From a virus (lineage: Duplodnaviria; Caudoviricetes), in IMG/VR virus record IMGVR_UViG_3300021400_001366, positions 1 through 64,000 of that record: a stretch of 64,000 bases of DNA; one strand, written 5' to 3'. The notes below the pieces were generated by a model, which was not told the origin of the DNA, did not search any database, and saw only the letters and a list, made by a program, of their open reading frames with translations. Both the position numbers and the translations under genes were made by a program. This document shows, in pieces, positions 47,093-58,063 of the stretch (position 1 is its first letter; each line of letters opens with the position of its first letter).

Positions 47093-49453
47093 ATGTACTG
47101 CGGGTATATCACGACGATCAAAGAAATTCATAAACACTCAAACGCTGATAGGCTGGCCTGTGCGACGATTTTCGGCAACAATGTCATTGTCGATCTTACA
47201 TATGAACCTGGTAAGCGCGTCGTGTATTTTCCGGTTGATGGTCAGCTCAGCGAAGAGTTCTGCAAGGACAACGATTTGGTAAGGCGTAAGGACGAAAGCG
47301 GCAAGCAGGTTGGCGGCTATCTCGATCCTGATAAGCGTAACATCAGGGCAATCAAGCTGCGTGGCGAGAAGTCCGAGGGTCTGGCGCTACCGATTGAAAG
47401 CCTGTCAAAGTATTGCAACGTAGACGAGTTGAAGGACGGCGACCAGATCACCATTCTCAACGGGCATGAAATCTGCTGTAAGTACATTCCTAAACGCGAT
47501 CATAGCGGTGGAGGCTCTGGCGGCAACAGGACGCGGAGCAACAAAGAACGTGATAAGCAGGAGTGGCCGCTGTTTGAGCAGCATGTCGAGACTGAACAGC
47601 TTGCTTATAATGAGAGCGCATTTAAGCCCGGTGATACCTGTTACATCACGCTGAAGATGCATGGTTGTTTCTCATCTGGATGTAGGGTTAATCTATGGGC
47701 TGGTGGAAGATCGAAAACTATGTCGCAAGTTCAACCTGGCGACATCGTTATAGGTTTCAAAGATGGTAAATTAGTGCCATCTAAAGTTCTTGATAAGTAT
47801 AATAATGGCAAGGAAACTGAATGGCAAAAGATAATCATAGAAAGAAATGGAATGAACGGCGAAAAGTATTCAAAAATCCTTTGTACACCAGATCATTTAT
47901 TCTATGATTGGAAATTGCAAAAATATATTCGCGCAGACTCAATAAGGGCTGGCGATGAGATAATGATGGTCAAACAGACACCAATCCTATCAAGAGAAAT
48001 AAAGTCTGTGCTGCTCGGTATGTACTTAGGTGATGGACATTATGTAGAAAGAAACCGTGTTTCAAAACTTGAGTTTTCTCATAAAATAGATCATTCGTCA
48101 TATTTAGAATACATTGAAAAAATGTGCAACGGCTTGGTTAAAGTCGAAGATCGAATATATATATCTGGATATGGCACACAGATGATGAGGGCAAAGACAA
48201 AAGAATGCGTTGACATATATGACTTTTTCAATCTGTGGATTAATAAAACCGGAGGACACAAACTAACTGATAGCATCTTGGATTACTTCGATGAAATATC
48301 TCTAGCATATTTGTATATGGATGATGGTAGTTTGTCACACTCATCAATACAAACAGATAGGGCGGCAATTGCCATTTGCGATTATGACGATCATGATGCT
48401 ACACTTATAAGCAAATGTATAAGTAATCTAGGGATTGAGAATGTTCTATTTAAAGACCCTGATGGTTATAATAGGATAAGAATAAACAGGGAAGCATCTA
48501 TAAAACTGTTCGACATGATTTCACGATATATACCGGCAGTTATGAGGTATAAACTTCCTGAAGAATATCGTAACAGGGATTATATAGACACCCCGTTTGA
48601 TTTGGAATATGGCTACAAGCCGATCATTGTTAAGGTTGATTCAAGTGAACATGAGACACATAGAAAGATGGATAAATTCGATCTGCACACAGAAACGAAT
48701 AATTATGTTGTAGGCGGTATACTTGTACATAATTCGTCTGGGCGTACTAGCAACACCATCCATGTTCAGCAGAAGAAGCAAACCCTGATGGATAAGATTC
48801 TGCATCGACCTCCGAAGTATGAGCTTTCTTATGATGTAATCAGTGGAACACGGCGTACAGTCCTCAGAGACTTCGACCATGGCTATTATGGCAACGACGC
48901 TTTCCGCAAGGGATTCCATGATTTCTTCGCTGAAAGACTTCCTAAAAATACAGAAATTTTTTACGAGATCGTCGGGTGGGTTGACGAGAACACGCCTATC
49001 ATGGGTCGCTGCAAGAACAAACTCATCAAAGACCCTGAGTTCGTCAAGCAGTATGGCGAAGAAACTGTTTTCCACTATGGTTGCAAACCTGGTGAAAGTC
49101 GCTGTTTCGTTTACCGCATGACCATGACGAATCAGGATGGATTCACCGTCGAGATTCCTACGGAGCAATGCAAGCTGCTGTGTGAAAAGATGGGCGTTGA
49201 GTTCGTGCCTATCTTCGAGAAGTTCTTCTTTACGACTTGGGACGATCTCATGCAGCGCGTAGAGAAGTATTACGATGGCCCCGATCCGATTGGCAAGACG
49301 CATATCCGTGAAGGTGTGGTTGTGCGAATCGAGAACCGAGAAAAATTTGAAGCGTATAAGCATAAAAACTTTAGCTTCAAATGCCTCTCTGGGATCATTG
49401 CCGATAACACTGATGCCGACAAGGTTGACGAAGAAATCCTGAGCGAGATGTAA
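47093..49453 (+). CDS. ATP-dependent RNA ligase (DRB0094/Rnl2-like, N-terminal OB-like domain) containing an intein
   Basis: HSNADRL, KLRGEKSEG; motif I TLKMHG|SS restored by splicing; FYEIVG, REGVVVR, YKHK. Confidence 0.88.
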   Translation: MYCGYITTIKEIHKHSNADRLACATIFGNNVIVDLTYEPGKRVVYFPVDGQLSEEFCKDNDLVRRKDESGKQVGGYLDPDKRNIRAIKLRGEKSEGLALPIESLSKYCNVDELKDGDQITILNGHEICCKYIPKRDHSGGGSGGNRTRSNKERDKQEWPLFEQHVETEQLAYNESAFKPGDTCYITLKMHGCFSSGCRVNLWAGGRSKTMSQVQPGDIVIGFKDGKLVPSKVLDKYNNGKETEWQKIIIERNGMNGEKYSKILCTPDHLFYDWKLQKYIRADSIRAGDEIMMVKQTPILSREIKSVLLGMYLGDGHYVERNRVSKLEFSHKIDHSSYLEYIEKMCNGLVKVEDRIYISGYGTQMMRAKTKECVDIYDFFNLWINKTGGHKLTDSILDYFDEISLAYLYMDDGSLSHSSIQTDRAAIAICDYDDHDATLISKCISNLGIENVLFKDPDGYNRIRINREASIKLFDMISRYIPAVMRYKLPEEYRNRDYIDTPFDLEYGYKPIIVKVDSSEHETHRKMDKFDLHTETNNYVVGGILVHNSSGRTSNTIHVQQKKQTLMDKILHRPPKYELSYDVISGTRRTVLRDFDHGYYGNDAFRKGFHDFFAERLPKNTEIFYEIVGWVDENTPIMGRCKNKLIKDPEFVKQYGEETVFHYGCKPGESRCFVYRMTMTNQDGFTVEIPTEQCKLLCEKMGVEFVPIFEKFFFTTWDDLMQRVEKYYDGPDPIGKTHIREGVVVRIENREKFEAYKHKNFSFKCLSGIIADNTDADKVDEEILSEM
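47666..48733 (+). mobile_element. 356-aa intein with LAGLIDADG homing endonuclease
   Basis: starts CFSSG, CTPDH block B, LGMYLGDG and AYLYMDDG, ends VHN followed by Ser; AT-rich. Confidence 0.93.
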
Positions 49454-49454
49454 T

Positions 49455-51100
49455 ATGAACGGAGTGGATTTGATGTTTATCGGATTCATTGTTGGACTGA
49501 TTACCGGTATCGTCATCTTTTATTTCACCGATACTGCGCGTTTACGGCATTTCAGTGATAGAGGATATGATAGGGCAGTTGCAGACATTATGAAGTATGG
49601 CTACTACTACGACAAGCACAATAGGCGACGATACATATAAGGAGATCATATGCTGATTCCTAAAATCATTTGTCACAGAAAGAACGAGCATAGGGTTGCT
49701 TACCAGCTAACCAAAGAGAACGCCGAGCAGTTGCTTGACTTCATGGAATACAAACTTGGCGATGACGAGAAAGGCCAGTACGCCAGAATTACAGATGATG
49801 GTATCGAGTATGGGTTTCACGGCAGCTACGACAAAACCGCGAAATTCGGCACGATCTTTGTTGTGGAAGATGCTCATGACTGGTGGCACAACTACAGCAT
49901 GGCAGAGTTTAACAAGAAGTTTGACGTTGTTTCAGGATAACGGAGGTACATATGAGCGCAAGAGACAATTGGGCGAAGTCGTTTGATCTCAGCAAGACCA
50001 CGCTATATCCGCTTGAATCGTGTGATATTCGGCTGTACATCACCAAAGATGTTATCCATACGGGGCCTTGCATTGGCAATGAAGATCCGCACGGTAGGCT
50101 TCCGATCTATCATGTTTGGGATGGTGACAAGCATGTTTATTGCGGTCAGTCAATGCAGTATGCGTACAATATGTATCGTAAGCTGTTGAATGACGCTATG
50201 AATCGAGCGGCTACATAATAACAGGTGAGGCTTATGGATAGACTGATTTCGTTTAACAAGGTGTGCGAATACGCAGAATCGCTTGGGTTAGAGAAATTGG
50301 CAGTAGACGGAGATTATCACGGCATGTACGTCTGTTTGGCAAGAGCGATAAGTAAATATCAGGGTATTGATGCCGTTGAAGTTGTTCGCTGCCGTGATTG
50401 CGTAAAGCGCAAAACCGAGGATTGTCCTATGTATTTCTGGGATGAATACGATGACGGGTATACCGACAACACAAAGGACGATGGATTCTGCGATAGGGGT
50501 GAAGCGATTGAAAAATGATCTGATTTCGAGAGTGGCGGTGCTACGCTTGCTTGATGAAAACAGCGTAGTGTTTCGCGGTGAGATTGAAAAGTTGCCTACC
50601 GTAGATGCCGCGCCGGTGGTACATGGGCGATGGATAGATCACAAAGATGAACACCAATGTTCTGAGTGTAAGGAAATTACAATCGTTGATTTCTACGTTT
50701 GGAAGAACGTGCAATTTGATTATTGTCCTTATTGCGGCGCGAAGATGGACGGTGAAGCGTAATGGATGATCTAATTTCTAGGGCGGCGGCGATTGATTAT
50801 CTAATGACAAATATGAACTGGCATGACGAGGACGGCTATACGGTTGATGACGCAGATGAAAAACGAGCTATCATAACGGATTTGGTTAATGGGATTCCCG
50901 CTGTGGAAACTGTGCCGGTAAAGCATGGGCGGTGGGAGGCTGATAGTGACGGATTACCTGTATGCTCAGTCTGCGACGAAGTTGCAATGCAGAGGTTACA
51001 TTGCGATACTTTGCATGGGGCATGGAGGTATGATGTGCGTTTGGTGAAAACACCTTATTGCCCGAACTGCGGCGCGAAGATGGGTAAAACAGATGTATAA
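49455..51100 (+). other. run of small hypothetical and zinc-ribbon genes (49455-49640, 49650-49940, 49952-50218, 50225-50518, 50508-50762, 50762-51100)
   Basis: coupled ORFs; DLISRxA..., HGRW, CSxC, YCPxCGAKM motifs typical of Bacillota phages. Confidence 0.7.
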
Positions 51101-51293
51101 ATACTGTACCTACTGCGGCAGCGACCAACACGATACAAAGTATTGTCCACATACATGGGATGGCCAGATTAACCGTGCAAATTTGTATTGCGTTTACTGC
51201 GGCTCAAGAAACCATACCAGCAAGTATTGTCCTAAAGTATGGGGCGGCAATTCAAACAGACTGAACAATTCGAAAGGCGATTTCATTGATTAG
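51093..51293 (+). CDS. double CCHC zinc-knuckle protein
   Basis: CTYCGSDQHDTKYC and CVYCGSRNHTSKYC (Cx2Cx4Hx4C twice). Confidence 0.8.
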   Translation: MYKYCTYCGSDQHDTKYCPHTWDGQINRANLYCVYCGSRNHTSKYCPKVWGGNSNRLNNSKGDFID

Positions 51294-51304
51294 GAGTAGA
51301 TGCA

Positions 51305-53028
51305 ATGACAATAGGAGAAGCCGTTGAAATTCTTGAAGAAGTAAAGATTATGGACGATTCCATGTATGCGTTTAACGACTCCTATTTGGTCGCGCTTGAT
51401 ATGGCGATTGACGCGCTGAAAATGCAGAATCTAACGGTAGAGCCGAAACTGCTTGAGCTTGAAGATGAAACCAAGGCATGGCTAGACGAAATGGATGCCG
51501 TCGATGCGTTGGGGAATATTGCCAACATATGCATGGACTTTGATGGTTATAGAACTGCAAATGGCCTTGGTGAATTAATCAACGAAGTTCGGACTTATGC
51601 CAAATACTGTGCTGACAGGCTCAAAGCGCGTGAACAACAGCACGATTACGAAACGTCTGTTGAAGTGGCTCAGTATTGCGAACGATATGAACCGACTTAT
51701 AATCCAGAAGATGGGAGCATGTAAATGTGTACATACTTTAATAACAATGGAAAAGCGCCGTGTTGTACGCATGATTGTGAAGGGTGCATATGGCATGAAG
51801 AAGAGGATGATGACGAAGAATGACCGGCAGAGAATTGATTGACTGGATTGTGGATTTCCACGCAGAAGATATGGATATTGTCGTTCAGTATCGTGACGGT
51901 GGCGGCGATTATATTGGCGGCGAGATCGTAAATCAACCGATATTGGCGAATGTGCGCAGCTCTGGTATACCGTATTCCGATGGAGTCACTATAACATACG
52001 GCGGCTTACCGACAAATGGAGTGATTTTGTAGCATGATTGCAAGCGGATTAATGGTTGACCTGCTTGATACGTTTAAGCAGGAGAGTCCAGACCAAATTC
52101 TTGTGGTAGAAACACCAAAAGGAACCGTGTCTTTGCGAATTGGTGACGCTCTTATTTATGAGGATGGCTACGGGCGTGTTGTTATCGATTCTGAATGAGG
52201 TCTGATTGTCATGAAACTATTTCATTGCCCATACGAGGATTTGCTTGAACAAGGGAAGATGGTATGCGATGACGGAGCTTTAGGCTGCGATGATTCAATC
52301 AAACAATGTCCAACCGATGTGTTCAATAAATGTCAGGAGGGTGAGTGCATGGATGAAAAGTATTTGCCAGGCCAAGCGTTGGCACAATACAAAGATCGAA
52401 TAGAAAAGATGCATAAGATAGACGAAGTAATTAAAGGATTGAAAATCTGCGATCTGGATGCTTGCACAAAAGAAAGACGAGAACAATGCCCTTATTACGA
52501 AGGGCCTGAAACCGATTTCTGGGGCAATCCAGATGGTTATATGTGTAATTACAATTTGCGACATGACGCGATTGAATTCCTGGAGGCACAATTTAAAGCC
52601 ATAGACTTTCTGCTAAAGGCGCTGGATGCGCTTCGCCTGATAAGACCATGAATGAGGAATGAAACGACACTTTTAAGGGCGGTGAACACATGAGCAAGTC
52701 GGGTATCTGGACTGAAATGGTTGAAGAAATCGGCAGTTACTTCGATGATACAAACGAAGGAGAAGCGGCTAGAAGCTATAACTATGGCCTTGAATGTGCT
52801 ACTTCTATAGTCAACAAGTACAAAGATGAATTATTGAACGAAGAAACGGAATGGCTGAAGCCAGACAGATGCCTTCATGATACGTCAGACCAAATGTATA
52901 TCGCCTATCAACCCGGCTATCCTCTGATGATTGCAGATTGGCAAGTAGGGCGCGGATATAGAGATGTAAGAACCGATATATCAATTCAGCCGACCTACCT
53001 TTCCAGATTTTCACCGCCCAAAATCTAA
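51305..53028 (+). other. small hypothetical genes (51305-51724, 51820-52032, 52211-52651, 52690-53028)
   Basis: + strand ORFs with RBS. Confidence 0.6.
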
Positions 53029-53039
53029 GGAGCGTTCGC

Positions 53040-53852
53040 ATGGTAAACGACGAATTAGGCAAGCGCATGAAAAAGTATGAGTACATAACGCGCACTCATT
53101 TAACTCCAAGAACGCCAGTGATTATCAGGATTGATGGCAAGGCATTTCATACGTTCACGCGCGGTTTCAAAAGGCCGTTCGATGAAATCCTGGTCAGCAC
53201 TATGCAAAAGACCATGAAATACCTTTGCGAGAATATTCAGGGCTGTGTCCTAGGCTATACGCAATCGGATGAAATCACGCTGGTTCTCGTTGACTACAAG
53301 AATATAAATAGCGCCGCATGGTTTGACTATAACATCCAAAAGTGTGTAAGCATCTCCGCGAGTATGGCGACCATGGCGTTCAACAGAATCCATTTGAAGG
53401 TTAATAGCGATTATGCTATTCAAAAGACTTCTGCGCGTAATGACATCTGGCTTGTTGGCGAAGATGCTGAATTGTACGACGTTCACGAAAAGGCCGCACA
53501 AAAGGGTGCTATGTTTGATGCCAGAGCATTCAATCTCCCCAAAGAAGAGGTTTGTAACTGCCTCTTATGGCGACAACTAGACGCAATTAGGAACTCGATT
53601 CAGATGGTTGGTCAAGCAAATTTCAGCCATAAGGAATTGCAGAACAAATCATGCAACGACATCCAGGAAATGCTTTTCTCGCAGAAGGGCATTAACTGGA
53701 ATGATACGCCTATACATCTGAAACGTGGTAGCTGTTGTGTGAAGAAAGAAAACGCAGACAAGATGGGTAGGTCAAAGTGGGTTATCGACCTGGAAATCCC
53801 GGATTTCAAAGGTGATGGCAGAGAATACGTCGATAAGCTCATTATGATATAA
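53040..53852 (+). CDS. thg1: tRNA(His) guanylyltransferase Thg1-like protein
   Basis: RMKKYE, IIRIDGKAFHTFT, YTQSDEI, FDAR, WRQLDAIRNS. Confidence 0.95.
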   Translation: MVNDELGKRMKKYEYITRTHLTPRTPVIIRIDGKAFHTFTRGFKRPFDEILVSTMQKTMKYLCENIQGCVLGYTQSDEITLVLVDYKNINSAAWFDYNIQKCVSISASMATMAFNRIHLKVNSDYAIQKTSARNDIWLVGEDAELYDVHEKAAQKGAMFDARAFNLPKEEVCNCLLWRQLDAIRNSIQMVGQANFSHKELQNKSCNDIQEMLFSQKGINWNDTPIHLKRGSCCVKKENADKMGRSKWVIDLEIPDFKGDGREYVDKLIMI

Positions 53853-53871
53853 GGGGGGGGGGTGCGGCGAC

Positions 53872-54381
53872 ATGAAGAAAGAAAAGATGGTATTCAATCT
53901 TTCTCACAAAGATCAGGATGAATGGAGAGAGTACCCGATAGACATTGATTTTGTATTCTATCCTAAAGAATCTCACATGCATGGCTTCCACGATGAGCCT
54001 CCTAAAACTTTCAAGGGAGTCTACAAGGTTTATTACTGCTGGGCGATAGAGAAAACCAAGGGGCCACATCCTGCAAAACCGTTGTTTAGCATTGGCTGCG
54101 ACGAGTGTTCTGCCTTGACTGATTTGTCCGAAGTAATACGCCAGTGCATCAGAGAAAAGAAGGATAAACGCTGTTTAACGGCGGGTCAAGATGGTTCTGA
54201 CTGGCATTTATTCTTCATAAAACGTGGCTTTTATCCTGCTGCAAGAATCGGTTTTTACGTGTTTAGCAACTTCACTAACAAGGGCTATCGCTTCTATCTT
54301 GAAGCAGAACGCGCTGAACAGTTTGCAGATTTCCTCGATGAAGTGAACAACCATATGCTGGAGAATGGAGAACCGATATGA
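53872..54381 (+). CDS. hypothetical protein with a G10 tract at its RBS position
   Basis: ORF; G10 at 53853-53862. Confidence 0.7.
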   Translation: MKKEKMVFNLSHKDQDEWREYPIDIDFVFYPKESHMHGFHDEPPKTFKGVYKVYYCWAIEKTKGPHPAKPLFSIGCDECSALTDLSEVIRQCIREKKDKRCLTAGQDGSDWHLFFIKRGFYPAARIGFYVFSNFTNKGYRFYLEAERAEQFADFLDEVNNHMLENGEPI

Positions 54382-54653
54382 GAACTATTACGACATATCA
54401 GTGCGAAGGATGTGGCAAGAGGTTCACTGAAAGATTTGCCGCAGCAAAACACGAAGCCGAGTGTTATAAGATTCGGCTGGATGATATGAGGGCATGGGCT
54501 TCTGCATTGGACACTGTTCACACTGGTACCCGTAGTTGGGACAGAATTGCCGACGCAGACGCTTATCTGGATCGCTTCTATGAGAAGTATAAAACGTCCA
54601 GAGATAAGATGCCTTATTACTACGAACCTTATATACATATCAGATATGATTAA
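54378..54653 (+). CDS. hypothetical protein (C2H-type zinc finger)
   Basis: YQCEGCGKRF...HE..C. Confidence 0.65.
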   Translation: MRTITTYQCEGCGKRFTERFAAAKHEAECYKIRLDDMRAWASALDTVHTGTRSWDRIADADAYLDRFYEKYKTSRDKMPYYYEPYIHIRYD

Positions 54654-54831
54654 AGTAAAAGCATTTAGATGGCGCTCTTCTCTTAATGACGATTTACCAG
54701 AAACACAACTAGAGCGCTACATAAAGTATTGGGGCATATCCAGAGAACAGATAATTTCTATCACATCGGGTCGTAGTGACGGATGTGAGGTTTTATATCT
54801 GGTATACGATGACAAGTCGAGGTTTTGATAA

Positions 54832-55344
54832 ATGAAGATGGACAAAGTATGTGACAGCAAGAACGACGAGTTTTACACACCAGAATACGCGATCAGGCCA
54901 ATTATGAAGTACATTGCCCCCCCCGCAAAGATATGGTGTCCGTTTGATACTTCAGACAGTTTATTTGTGAAATGCTTTACAGAATCAGGCTATGAAGTTG
55001 TCAACACTCATATAAGCGATGGCGATGATTTCTTTGATATGGAAGTGCCAGAGTGCGATTACATAATCAGTAACCCGCCTTATTCGCTAAAAACGGAAGT
55101 GTTAGAACGTCTGTTTGAAATAGATAAGCCGTTTGCAATGCTTGTTGGCGTTGTCGGGTTGTTTGAAAGCAAGCGCAGGTTTGAAATGTTTTCAAACAAC
55201 ACTTTTGAGATTATGTACTTGAATAAGCGTGTTTCCTATTTCAAAGATTATTCAGAACAGAAACCATCGTTAAACCCTCCATTTAGTAGCGTATATGTCT
55301 GCCACAATTTACTGCCAGAGAAGATAGTATTTGAATGTGTATAG
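54832..55344 (+). CDS. small adenine DNA methyltransferase-like protein, in frame through a C8 tract
   Basis: DEFYTP, IWCPFD, IISNPPYS; C8 at 54917-54924. Confidence 0.82.
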   Translation: MKMDKVCDSKNDEFYTPEYAIRPIMKYIAPPAKIWCPFDTSDSLFVKCFTESGYEVVNTHISDGDDFFDMEVPECDYIISNPPYSLKTEVLERLFEIDKPFAMLVGVVGLFESKRRFEMFSNNTFEIMYLNKRVSYFKDYSEQKPSLNPPFSSVYVCHNLLPEKIVFECV

Positions 55345-55356
55345 GAGGCGATTCAG

Positions 55357-56296
55357 TTGAAAACACCGGACGAACTTAGAGAAATCATAGCCAACGCCAA
55401 AGAAGAAGTCAGACAATTCGACCATCATACAACCTGGGATGATGTAAAGGATATGACTACTGCCGAAGCTATCAGCGTATTATCTAGGCTTGCAAACTCA
55501 GATGGCAGAGATTGGAGCGCAAGACCGCATCTCGCAAAAGCATGTCAAATGGCTATCGAAGCACTACGGAAGGAGAAGGATAATGAAGCCGATTCCTAAT
55601 GGTTATACATATACCCGCTGCGATCAGTACACGCCAGAAGAGTTTGCAAAGCGCCATACAGATTTTCGCGGAAAGCCCAGACCAATTTGTGTTGAGTATA
55701 TGCGGGATCATCCCAAGAAAGTGTATACCACGGATGACGATATTGCGCTAATCGAAATGCTGAATGAACGTAGCGTCGGCAGTATGATACAGTTGACAGG
55801 CAAAAACACCACGAAGCGCTATAAGTATGAGGTCGTGTAGATAGCAGCGAGAATAGAACGTATGAAAGAATACTATCCTGTCTATGACAGAAAGAATGGA
55901 TTGTATTTCATCAAAGATAAGCTACCAAACAACCAGACCATTATCATGTCGTTTGAAAACTACGATAATTCGTATGACACGGATTATTGGAATATCGCGC
56001 TATGCGTTGTGAACAAGCGTAAACACATCGACCATGTTTTTGATAACTGTGAAATCACTGGTGGCGATCCTGTTGCGACGGTTCGTATTGCCAGGGATAT
56101 GTTTTCTTCACTTGAAAACCAGATTATACGAGACATAGATTTATACGGCACGAAACAACACGTTTCATGCACATGGCTTGACGCGAAACGACGGAATGTT
56201 TATGCACATTTCTTGAAGCGGCGAGGGTATCAATACGGCATGTTTGACGGTAAGAAAGTATTGTACAAGGTGTATAAAGGAAGTGATGTTGATTGA
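55357..56296 (+). other. three hypothetical genes (55357-55599, 55583-55840, 55862-56296)
   Basis: coupled ORFs. Confidence 0.65.
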
Positions 56297-57972
56297 TTTT
56301 AACCGAAGATCAGGCAAGTAGAATATCATCAGATGGTTTAATCCATGACGCTGAACGCCTGAAAGAACTGCAAGCTCTACCGCTAGAACGTAAGATTGGC
56401 ATTTCAACGGCAAGAATCATTGAATGGTATCAGTATTGGAATGGCAACGTTTACGTGAGTTTTTCAGGCGGCAAGGATAGTACAGTTCTGCTACATCTTG
56501 TAAGAAGCATTTTCCCGGATGTGCCAGCGGTTTTCTCAAACACAGGTCTTGAATATCCTGAATTGCAGAAATTCGTAAAATCGTTTGATAACGTCATCAC
56601 TCTCTATCCTAAGATCGGTTTCCGTGAGGTTATTTCTACATATGGTTATCCGCTAATCAGCAAGGAAGTAGCTGAAGCTATTTACTATGCACGTAGAATT
56701 AAGCCTCAAAATACCGGGGGGGGGTATTCAAGACTACAAACCGGAAACGTACAGAACTCCAGGGATTGCGAGAGGATTCAGGGAAGCAACAGCAAAACGC
56801 AAAGACCTACTCGGAATACGGGGGGGGGCATCTCGAAACGGATCGTCGAAGGAAAGACCTGCTCAACCTCCGCTCCACGACTGGCGACGAATGGTTCTGC
56901 TCGGAAGCTGCCCCCCCCAAGTACAGACTGGACTAACTGGCGACGTGCATGTCTCTGCAACGCACAAAAACAATTTGGCGAGAAGAGCATGTTCAACAAG
57001 GAGAAGTGGTTGCCGATAGCGCGTGATCTGCCAGTGCCTATTTCTCATTACTGCTGCAATATAATGAAGAAACAGGTCATGAACAAATACGCGCATGAGA
57101 CTGGTCGTAAACCTATTATTGGAACCATGACCGAAGAAAGTCGAATGAGAAAGCAAGCGTGGATTCGTCATGGCTGCAATGCATTTGATAGCAAGAAAGC
57201 GTCCAGTCAACCGCTGAGTTTCTGGACTGAACAGGATGTTCTCACTTATATCAAGTTGTTTGAATTAGAAATCGCGCCAGTGTATGGCGACATCAACATT
57301 GTAGATAGTAAAGGCAATATCGTCGAAACCGACGAAGCTGGTATGCCTGAAGGTTGCAAGTGGGCTTGCAGTAAGTGTACAAGAACAGGTTGGTAATACA
57401 GCCGTGTGTAGTGGCGACATTACATATAATAATAGTGTGAACCCTATTGCTCAGGGGTGTGGCGAAAGCTGCTAACGGTGAAGCCCTTCACGGGGTAATA
57501 CCGTGCCGTTGATAATGCTTAAATTTATTGACGCTAAACAAGCAAATGTCAAATATATTTTACATTATTTGCGGTGTAACGACTATGGTGGTTGCACCAG
57601 TAGGACAGATGATGAGCTACTGTCCGAAGCGCACTACATCTCACTGAGATGAAGAGATAGTCTGGGCTTGTGGAAACACAAGAATAACCGTGTATATACT
57701 GCGGTTTCGGCGCTCACTTAGAGAAAGGCGAAACAAGGTTCCAGCGTCTTGCGAAAACTCATCCACGACAGTATGAGTATTGCATTGGCGGTGGTCAATG
57801 GGTAGATAATCCTGCTTATGATCCTACTGCCAGCATGGAGCCTGATGAAATGGGCTGGGTAAACTACAATCCGAAAAAGATATTCGTGCCTAGCAAAGAT
57901 GGCATTGGCCTGGGTACGGTATTCAAGATGGCTAACGAAGTCATGGGTTACGAATTGTACAGATGGGAGTAG
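56293..57972 (+). CDS. PAPS-reductase-family (PP-loop) protein, two exons (56293-57390 and 57691-57972)
   Basis: VSFSGGKDSTVL, NTGLEYPE, CCNIMKK, PLSFWTEQDVL; splicing restores RTG-CIYCGFG...RFQRL..THP. Confidence 0.88.
57391..57690 (+). ncRNA. group I intron (IA2-like), 300 nt, no ORF
   Basis: 5' exon ends in U paired with G in P1 (ggttg/cagcc); terminal G; P7 GACTAT 57581-57586 / ATAGTC 57657-57662; P8 catctc/gagatg; P9 cttgtg-gaaa-cacaag; P10 ataca/tgtat. Confidence 0.92.
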
Positions 57973-57997
57973 GGGAGTCATATTAGGACTCCCCTTT
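57971..57997 (+). terminator. intrinsic terminator
   Basis: AGGGGAGTC-atattag-GACTCCCCT-TT. Confidence 0.85.
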
Positions 57998-58063
57998 GGG
58001 AACGACATATTTTCACCAGAAAATACAGTTTGATTGTATTATGCGGTGAAAATGAGGTATAGC

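Noticed and set aside
56687-57019. Independent overlapping gene
   Set aside because: No RBS; better explained as an alternative frame of the homopolymer cassette
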